This document shows positions 17,999 through 24,122 of a stretch of DNA of 32,000 bases, piece by piece. Origin of the DNA: Thermodesulfobacteriota bacterium (GTDB lineage Bacteria > Desulfobacterota > WTBG01 > JAGOGO01); contig CP113000.1 of the NCBI GenBank assembly GCA_026625185.1, positions 975,622 to 1,007,621 of the forward strand. Direction: 5' to 3'. Below the pieces are notes generated by a model. It had not been told where the DNA came from and searched no databases. It was given only the letters and a program-made list of their open reading frames with translations. Position numbers and translations under genes: made by a program. The first letter of the stretch is position 1. Each line of letters starts with the position of its first letter.

Positions 17999-18767
17999 AT
18001 GAAACATTGTGCATCTTGTTATGAAACTCAACAAAAATATCCCTTACCATTTTCCTGTTCTTATCAAGATCATCAAGAACCCATTTGCTGGTCTCTACTT
18101 CCGGCAGAATGTAAACATCCACATGGCCACCCAAAGTCCTATAACCCCTACCCGGATCTATTTCCGATGGTATGTAAATATAAATCGGAACAATTGGTAC
18201 CTTCATATTGGTCGCTAGGTGAAACGCACCTTTATTGAATTTTGATATTCTTCCCGTTGTGGTAACTGCGCCTTCAGGAGAAAGGATCACAGACTCTCCG
18301 GTCTTACGCAATTTGACTTCTGCACGTTTAAAACATTCAGTCCTCTTTCTTGGTTTGTGTTGCTGGTCAATCAGAAATGTCCCGATAAAAAAGTTTATTA
18401 TGGTGACGGGAATATATTTATAGGTCGCTTTTGACATAAAGTACCGCGTATTATTGAAGCCGATCGCCGGTAAGAGCACCACATCAATAGTGGAGGTGTG
18501 ATTAATCACATATATTTTCTGTGAATTTGACAAATCGTCCTGATGATGAACGGTATAGGTAATGCCAAACATCCGCAAAATCATCGCGCAACCGGGACGG
18601 ACAATATACCGGCAACATATATTTCTTAGCTTAAAAAAGGTGCTGATTTGAAAAATTGCAACGATAAAGGCAGTGATAAACAATACGGTTACTGCTGAGG
18701 GAATAAGGATCAGCAAACGCACAGGGAATTTTCTCTTTGCTTTTTTATCAGGCTTTGCAGCGATCAT
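17991..18767 (-). CDS. lysophospholipid/glycerol-3-phosphate acyltransferase family (PlsC-like) with N-terminal TM anchor
   Basis: NHTSTID (H-x4-D) and SPEGAVTTTG (PEG block). GGGAG lies 8 nt upstream of the ATG. First gene of the ten-gene unit. Confidence 0.8.
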   Translation of the reverse strand: MIAAKPDKKAKRKFPVRLLILIPSAVTVLFITAFIVAIFQISTFFKLRNICCRYIVRPGCAMILRMFGITYTVHHQDDLSNSQKIYVINHTSTIDVVLLPAIGFNNTRYFMSKATYKYIPVTIINFFIGTFLIDQQHKPRKRTECFKRAEVKLRKTGESVILSPEGAVTTTGRISKFNKGAFHLATNMKVPIVPIYIYIPSEIDPGRGYRTLGGHVDVYILPEVETSKWVLDDLDKNRKMVRDIFVEFHNKMHNVSYE

Positions 18768-19040
18768 AAATCGCTCCCGTGAAACAGGTGTGTCTCATAC
18801 CCATTTTGCATCAAGGTCGTCAGTTAACTATTTGACAGAGTCCCCCTCGCTGGATATTGGCGGCAAAGTTCTCGGTTACCCTAATAATATATCTTCCCCA
18901 AAAATTACCACTGCCACCTCTGTATTTCAACGAAAATATTGTGCTCATCATTTACATCAAAAAATTTGCCGGTATGGTTACAGGGGCATTATTGAAAAGA
19001 TGGAGGCATTCTGTCTGTCGCTTTAATGCAAATTAATTAC

Positions 19041-19118
19041 TTAGTCATTTTCAGCAAATTTCTAGGTATTTTATATCATAAATACCACCTTTATTCTGCT
19101 TGCGCACAAAATCGCACC
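19041..19118. repeat. repeat A, copy 1 (~80 bp, near identical to 25389-25468)
   Basis: TTAGTCATTTTCAGCAAATTTCTAGGTATTTTATATCATAAATACCACCTTTATTCTGCTTGCGCACAAAATCGCACC. It differs from copy 2 by two substitutions and a 2-nt A-run length change, by eye. Confidence 0.9.
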
Positions 19119-19245
19119 ACCGTTAAAAAGAACTAGAAACCATGTTAATATGGCAACCCTTTTTTAACCGAAACATTCTTATATCCTTTCCTCCGCAAGA
19201 TTCCGGATAATTCTTCTTAACCTGAACTATCCAACGGTTAAACAG

Positions 19246-19261
19246 TGCAATGGCCGTGCCA
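19246..19261 (-). promoter_or_regulatory. sigma-54 (-24/-12) promoter, copy 1
   Basis: The minus strand reads TGGCACGGCCATTGCA, a perfect TGGCAC-N5-TTGC(A) element. Confidence 0.7.
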
Positions 19262-19278
19262 GGGCGCGGAGATATTTA

Positions 19279-19291
19279 TAACTAATTGATT
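19279..19291 (-). promoter_or_regulatory. IHF-like site, copy 1
   Basis: The minus strand reads AATCAATTAGTTA, which fits WATCAANNNNTTR. It lies 17 nt upstream of the -24 element. Confidence 0.35.
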
Positions 19292-19369
19292 ATTAATTAT
19301 TTTATGCAAAAACTCGAATTAGGCTTTGAAAAGGAGGGGAATTTTAATGTTCACAAAAAGCACTATGCT

Positions 19370-19386
19370 TATACAAAAAATGTATA
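19370..19386. promoter_or_regulatory. palindromic upstream activator site candidate, copy 1
   Basis: TATACA-AAAAA-TGTATA. Its centre lies about 119 bp upstream of the -24 GG. Confidence 0.55.
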
Positions 19387-19508
19387 GCTATGAGGTGTTT
19401 TCTGAAGGGAGTCGCCCGGTATTTTTAAGCAGGGTTCACGGGGCAGGGAAGACTGAGGAGGGCATACCAAAAGCAAAATGAGGATTTTTAGCTTTACCGC
19501 TTGCTCCC

Positions 19509-19646
19509 TCACAGCTTCTTGAGCTTTGCCGGTACTATCGTCTCCCTAAGCAGCTTTTCCACCCCTTCTGCACCTACCCGATTACGCCATCTCGCCAGTG
19601 AGCTCGGGTCTAAGGGAAACTCATGTTGAAAATACACAACGGGTGC
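19509..19646 (-). pseudogene. IS5-like (DUF772-type N-terminal domain) transposase remnant
   Basis: The minus-strand frame, bounded by stops, reads APVVYFQHEFPLDPSSLARWRNRVGAEGVEKLLRETIVPAKLKKL. The YFQ.EFP.DPSSL.RWR.R.G..G.E.LL..TI pattern is typical of the N-terminal region of IS5/IS1182-type transposases. There is no start codon and no DDE domain. Confidence 0.5.
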
Positions 19647-19847
19647 TTACGGTTTATCATCTGTTCTAAGCGGGATCTAAACAAATCCTTTTGTCCGCTT
19701 GATTTCATCCTTTTCGGCATCAAAAATCACCAGCTTTTGAAGGGTTAATTACCCTTTTCTGGTGAATATATTATGTTTTTTCCCTAATTAAAACGAATTA
19801 TATCAATCTGTTAAACGTTTTTTCAGGAGCGACTATTTATAAAAAAT

Positions 19848-19874
19848 TTGACAAGAAAAATATTTATATATAAT
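19848..19874 (+). promoter_or_regulatory. candidate sigma-70-type promoter for the BCR/HGD-family operon
   Basis: TTGACA (19848-19853) and TATAAT (19869-19874) with a short 15-nt spacer. Alternatively TAATTT at 17 nt. About 90 nt upstream of the GTG at 19961. Confidence 0.4.
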
Positions 19875-19960
19875 TTATATGTGTTGAACAAAATCGTATT
19901 AACTTTACAGTTAACTAACTTTTCTATAGTCATATCAACTTAATAAAAGGAGGTCTAATT

Positions 19961-21082
19961 GTGGCAATCGAGGAATTAATACGGATTGGTGAAACTATAT
20001 ATAACAAATATATTGATGATTGGAAAAAAGAGGGGAAGAGAGTTATTGGGTACACTTGCAGTTATGCGCCTGAAGAGATCCTGCAAGCCGCCGGTCTTCT
20101 GCCTATTAGGCTCAAGGCCATTGGTTCCAGCGAAACCAGTAAGGCAGACGTGTATATGCCGAAATTCCACTGCACTTTTTCAAGGCATCTGTTGGATCAG
20201 GGCATGTCTAATGCCTTTGATTTTGTTGATGGGATTGTCTTTGTTAACTCATGCGACCAGCTAAGACGAATGTATGATGTGTGGAATAAGCTTGTAAAAT
20301 TTCCATATCAAACCATTATGGTCATGCCCTATTCCTACGATAAAGAGGATTTTGAATGGTACCTGGAGCACGAGGTTAAGAAGCTTAAGAGCGACCTGGA
20401 GACAGCTTATGGGGCAAAAATTACCGACAGCTCGTTAAGCGAGTCAATAAACATTTTCAACGAAACCAGAAACCTTCAGGCCAGATTGTATGAAATGAGA
20501 GGCGCAAAAGAACCCAGAATCAACGGGGTGGACACCCATAAGATCATCACGGCTGCAACCTCTATGCCCAAGAAAAAATACAACGAATTGCTGAAAGCGT
20601 CCCTCGAGGAGCTGAAAAAGAGGCCGGGTATTACAGATTACCGGGCCCGCATTCTCATCGGAGGAAGCATGATAGATGAGCCGGAATTACTGCAGGTTAT
20701 CGAGGATGCCGGGGGTCTTGTGGTTGCAGACGTGTTGTGCACCGGCACCAGATGGACCACGGATAAAGTGGAAACGGACGGTGACCCCCTTTACGCCATT
20801 GCCAAACGATATTACGATCATCAACCATGTCCAAGAATGACCATGGTTTACGAGCGAAAACGTGATTTTGTACTGGATCAGGCAAAGAAAAATCAGGTGG
20901 ATGGGGCTATCTTTTCCAAAATCGCCTTTTGTGATCATCATTCTGGAGACAATGTTCTTTACCAGGAGGATCTTGAGAAGGAGGGTATTCCATCTTTGCT
21001 GCTGGATAGAGATTACAGGATAACCGACGTGGGCCGATTCAGGACAAGAATCGAGGCCTTTTTTGAAAAACTTGGTAAATAA
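19961..21082 (+). CDS. BCR/HGD-family subunit, small HGD-D-type (BcrC/BzdN/HgdB-like)
   Basis: 373 aa. GYTCSYAPEEIL..AG..P, VNSCDQ, and the C-terminal DGAIFSKIAFCDHH block are typical of 2-hydroxyacyl-CoA dehydratase / benzoyl-CoA reductase core subunits. GTG start 7 nt after AAGGAGG. Confidence 0.75.
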   Translation: MAIEELIRIGETIYNKYIDDWKKEGKRVIGYTCSYAPEEILQAAGLLPIRLKAIGSSETSKADVYMPKFHCTFSRHLLDQGMSNAFDFVDGIVFVNSCDQLRRMYDVWNKLVKFPYQTIMVMPYSYDKEDFEWYLEHEVKKLKSDLETAYGAKITDSSLSESINIFNETRNLQARLYEMRGAKEPRINGVDTHKIITAATSMPKKKYNELLKASLEELKKRPGITDYRARILIGGSMIDEPELLQVIEDAGGLVVADVLCTGTRWTTDKVETDGDPLYAIAKRYYDHQPCPRMTMVYERKRDFVLDQAKKNQVDGAIFSKIAFCDHHSGDNVLYQEDLEKEGIPSLLLDRDYRITDVGRFRTRIEAFFEKLGK

Positions 21083-21096
21083 AAGGAGGGTCGGCT

Positions 21097-22518
21097 ATGA
21101 AACCGGTTCCTAAAGAGTTAGAAGGTATAGAGCTGTTTCAAAGGTATTTAACCACCTTTAACCTAATTAATATTGCTTTGACTAATTTCAAAACAGTCGA
21201 AGATCTTATGGCCGCGGCGCCGGAGATCTTAAAGACCCTGCCGGAATATGATGTCGGGGTTTTTCAGTCCCTTAGGCCGGATATTGTTATCGCGGCCTTC
21301 CATCCAAAAAACAGGAATGTGGTACTGAAATGTGCGCAGGCCCAAATAAAATTTTGGCAGGGCATAATAGATGACATCAAGGCAGACAAGCCGCAGTTGG
21401 ATTTTTGGTTTGCGCAAGGTCCGGAACTATTCCGCGCGCTGGGATTTTCCCCGCTATGCACTGAAACCACGTTGGTTGCCTCTGCAATTTATCAGGATGG
21501 ATGTGAAGATGCCACTGACTTATTCAGGTCTAAAGGATTTGCCGATCATATCTGCACCGCCAATGTGGCCTACCCCGGATATGTGATGAATGGCAACTGG
21601 AAGGTTCCCCATGTTATGGTAAAGCCCGGGACTCCCTGTCCTTCAAGCAACCTGGCCTACCAGGCCATAAAGAAATGGTATGGCAATGATTACATCATGT
21701 ATGACTCCACATACTATCTTGACGAAAAAGGCTTGGCCCATCAGACGGATGCCATTCGAAGGGCCATAGCCAAATTGGAGAAGATCTCGGGACAAAAGCT
21801 TGATGAAGCTGTCCTCAGGCAGCAGATGAAGGAAAGCAACCAAACCTACGCCCTTTGCGGTGAGCTTCTTGAGCTCAGGAAAAACAAGCCCAATCCTGAT
21901 CCGGGCATGCACCGTATCCTTGACCTGCTCATGATGGTCACACTTCTCGGAGAGCCTTCATGTACCGAATACTTTCAGCTTCTTGTGGACGAAGCGAAGG
22001 AAAGGGTGGCCAAAGGAGTGGGGGCAATCCCGGAGGGCAAAAAGGAGATCAGGGCGCTTCACACTTGGGCCCTTAACGCATATATGCCGGACCTTTATCA
22101 CTGGCTGGAGGAGACCTATGGGATGACTTACCTTACCTGTGGACTCTCCTATTTCGTTAACCATCAGGTGGATACCTCTTCGGCGGATTCCATGGTCGAG
22201 GGATGGGCCCAGAGGATTATGAACTTTACTATGGAAAGGCAGAGCATGAGCTTTGGTGATGTCTGGGTTGATGATATGTTTTATCTGGCAAAGAACTGGG
22301 ATGCTGACTGCGGCATATTCGCGGGAAACCTGTCATGCAAGCAGGGTTGGGCCATGAGTAAACTGCTGGGCGACCGACTGGAGGATGAACTTGGTATACC
22401 GTCGGTAAGATTTGAAATCGAATTGTGCGATAAACGCACCTGCCCCCCTGATGAGTTCAAGCACCGTATCGGGAGTTTTGTGGAAACCATTTTAACAAAC
22501 TCAAAAAAGAGAGTTTGA
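21097..22518 (+). CDS. BCR/HGD-family subunit, large HGD-D-type (BcrB/BzdO/HgdA-like)
   Basis: 473 aa. The C-terminal DADCGIFAGNLSCKQGW block and overall size fit the larger core subunit. AAGGAGG lies upstream of the ATG. Confidence 0.7.
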   Translation: MKPVPKELEGIELFQRYLTTFNLINIALTNFKTVEDLMAAAPEILKTLPEYDVGVFQSLRPDIVIAAFHPKNRNVVLKCAQAQIKFWQGIIDDIKADKPQLDFWFAQGPELFRALGFSPLCTETTLVASAIYQDGCEDATDLFRSKGFADHICTANVAYPGYVMNGNWKVPHVMVKPGTPCPSSNLAYQAIKKWYGNDYIMYDSTYYLDEKGLAHQTDAIRRAIAKLEKISGQKLDEAVLRQQMKESNQTYALCGELLELRKNKPNPDPGMHRILDLLMMVTLLGEPSCTEYFQLLVDEAKERVAKGVGAIPEGKKEIRALHTWALNAYMPDLYHWLEETYGMTYLTCGLSYFVNHQVDTSSADSMVEGWAQRIMNFTMERQSMSFGDVWVDDMFYLAKNWDADCGIFAGNLSCKQGWAMSKLLGDRLEDELGIPSVRFEIELCDKRTCPPDEFKHRIGSFVETILTNSKKRV

Positions 22519-22520
22519 CA

Positions 22521-23324
22521 ATGATAGTTGCAGGTATTGATGTCGGCTCCCTCACCGCTAAAGCGCTTATTATGAAGGACGGTGAGATTATTGATTTTGA
22601 TATTATCACTGTCAGACCAACACCCGTACAATCAGCAGGGGACGTGATGGAAAAGGCCCTGAACAAGACCGGGCTTAAGATGGATGACCTAGATTATTGC
22701 GTGAGCACCGGTTATGGACGGGAGCAGATATCATTTTCACGGAAAAGCATATCTGAAATCTCCTGTCATGGAATGGGGGCGCATTGGTGCAGACCCTCCA
22801 TAAGGGGCGTTATCGACATCGGGGGGCAAGACTGCAAGGCCATTATAGTGGATAAGGACGGGAATTTAGATAATTTCGCCATGAACGACAAATGCGCCGC
22901 CGGCACCGGAAGATTTCTGGAGATCATCTCCAAGGCCCTTGGCATTGACCTCGCCGAGCTGGGACCGTTGACCTTCAAATCAAATAATCCACTGAAAATT
23001 GTGAGGAGGTGCAGCGTTTTTGCCGAGTATGAGGTCATATTTTTACTCGCAGAAGGTAAGGATGTCACCGATATAGGCGCGGGGGTTAATGAAGCCATGG
23101 CCCAAAGAGCCTTTTCGCTGGCTAGCAGTATAAATCTTAATAACAAACTTACTGGTGAATTGACCGTGACGGGCGGTGTTGCAAAAAATGTCGGGGTCAT
23201 CAAAAACCTGGAAAAACTTTTTGATGCCGAAATTGTTAGTTTGCCACTGGACCCACAGATAATGGGCGCTTTGGGGGCTGCGCTGTTTGCTCGACGATAT
23301 TATGAGAAAGAGGTAAGAGTTTAA
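22521..23324 (+). CDS. BcrAD/BadFG-type ASKHA ATPase (electron-activating subunit 1)
   Basis: MIVAGIDVGSLTAK phosphate-1 motif. DKCAAGTGRFLE and RCSVFAEYEV carry the two Cys that bridge the inter-subunit [4Fe-4S] cluster in HgdC/BcrAD. I prefer the ATG at 22521 to the TTG at 22515 used in the ORF track. Confidence 0.85.
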   Translation: MIVAGIDVGSLTAKALIMKDGEIIDFDIITVRPTPVQSAGDVMEKALNKTGLKMDDLDYCVSTGYGREQISFSRKSISEISCHGMGAHWCRPSIRGVIDIGGQDCKAIIVDKDGNLDNFAMNDKCAAGTGRFLEIISKALGIDLAELGPLTFKSNNPLKIVRRCSVFAEYEVIFLLAEGKDVTDIGAGVNEAMAQRAFSLASSINLNNKLTGELTVTGGVAKNVGVIKNLEKLFDAEIVSLPLDPQIMGALGAALFARRYYEKEVRV

Positions 23325-24104
23325 ATGCATTTTTCCATTGGGATGGACATCGGACTGGTCGGTATCAAAGGGGTAGTCATGAAAGGCGAAAATATTGTTG
23401 CTCAGGTGGTAAAAGATACTGGGGTGAGACCTGCTTTGGCGGCCAAGGAATGTTATGAGCAATTACTCTCAGATGCGGATATAAGTTCAGACAAGATTCA
23501 AGCCCATGGGGTTAGCGGCTGGGGCTCAAAAACATTATCATTCGATTTCGATATAGAATACCTCCCTGATGTGGTCTGCCTTGCTAAAGGGGCAAAATGG
23601 GCCTGCCCGACTTCAAGAATGGTTGTTGACGTGGGGGCGCAGACAGCAAAAGTTGCTCGTTTTGATGGGAATGGGAGTGTAAAAAAATACGAGCTAAGTG
23701 ATAAATGCGCCTCAGGAACAGGAAGATTTCTGGAAATCATGTCGGCGGCTTTAGGATTGAAAGTAAACAATTTGGGGCAAATAGGACAAGCGGCGTCGAA
23801 ACTGGTGGAAATTTCATCCCAATGCAGCGTCTTTGCCGAAAGTGAAATCATAAGCTATGTAAATACCGGCGAGAAGACAGAAGATATTGTAAATGGCATT
23901 AACTATTCGATAGCGAAGAGGGTTTCAACCATCATTATGAGAGTGGGTATTCAAGAAGATATTATTATAACAGGTGGGGTGGCAAAAAATGATGCCGTTG
24001 TCAGATATATAGAGGAGATGGTCAAGGTTAGATTTAAAGATTACGGGGTAGACCCCCAAATGATTGGCGCCATAGGTGCGAGCTTAACTGCTCAGCAGAC
24101 ATGA
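23325..24104 (+). CDS. BcrAD/BadFG-type ASKHA ATPase (electron-activating subunit 2, distinct paralogue)
   Basis: IGMDIGLVGIKG, DKCASGTGRFLE and QCSVFAESEI. The ATG directly abuts the upstream TAA. Confidence 0.85.
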   Translation: MHFSIGMDIGLVGIKGVVMKGENIVAQVVKDTGVRPALAAKECYEQLLSDADISSDKIQAHGVSGWGSKTLSFDFDIEYLPDVVCLAKGAKWACPTSRMVVDVGAQTAKVARFDGNGSVKKYELSDKCASGTGRFLEIMSAALGLKVNNLGQIGQAASKLVEISSQCSVFAESEIISYVNTGEKTEDIVNGINYSIAKRVSTIIMRVGIQEDIIITGGVAKNDAVVRYIEEMVKVRFKDYGVDPQMIGAIGASLTAQQT

Positions 24105-24122
24105 AAAGGTTAGGAACCAGCT

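Larger units (their letters stand above)
19184..19441. repeat. repeat B, copy 1 (~257 bp sigma-54 regulatory module, diverged copy of 31317-31573)
   Basis: Alignable end to end with 31317-31573, with no net length difference larger than 1 nt. Identity blocks include GTGCCAGGGC, CTTTGAAAAGGA, TATACA..TGTATAGC, GAGGTGT, GGGAGTCG and GTTCACGG. Confidence 0.85.

Noticed and set aside
18673-19026. 117-aa plus-strand ORF spanning the start of the acyltransferase gene and its upstream leader.
   Set aside because: It overlaps the strongly supported minus-strand gene start, has no SD and no recognisable motif. It is more likely chance in an AT-rich leader.
19151-19166. TGGCAACCCTTTTTTA on the plus strand, considered as another sigma-54 element.
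   Set aside because: The -12 region lacks TTGC (it is TTTT), and there is no gene in the appropriate direction. It is a chance partial match.
19123-19176. 17-codon minus-strand ORF (MFRLKKGCHINMVSSSF) with a good SD between repeat B1 and repeat A1.
   Set aside because: Too short and not clearly homologous to any lipoprotein N-terminus in the window. It is mentioned only as part of the 'empty cassette' finding, not annotated as a gene.
19347-19481. SD-like GAAAAGGAGGGG followed by short plus-strand ORFs inside both copies of repeat B (44 codons here, 30 codons at 31486-31578). They read through the palindrome in the same frame.
   Set aside because: The start codons are not at homologous positions. 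The differences between the copies fall mostly on second codon positions (TTT/TCT, GAA/GGA, GTA/GAA, TTT/TGT) rather than synonymous sites. Conservation is better explained by DNA-level regulatory function.
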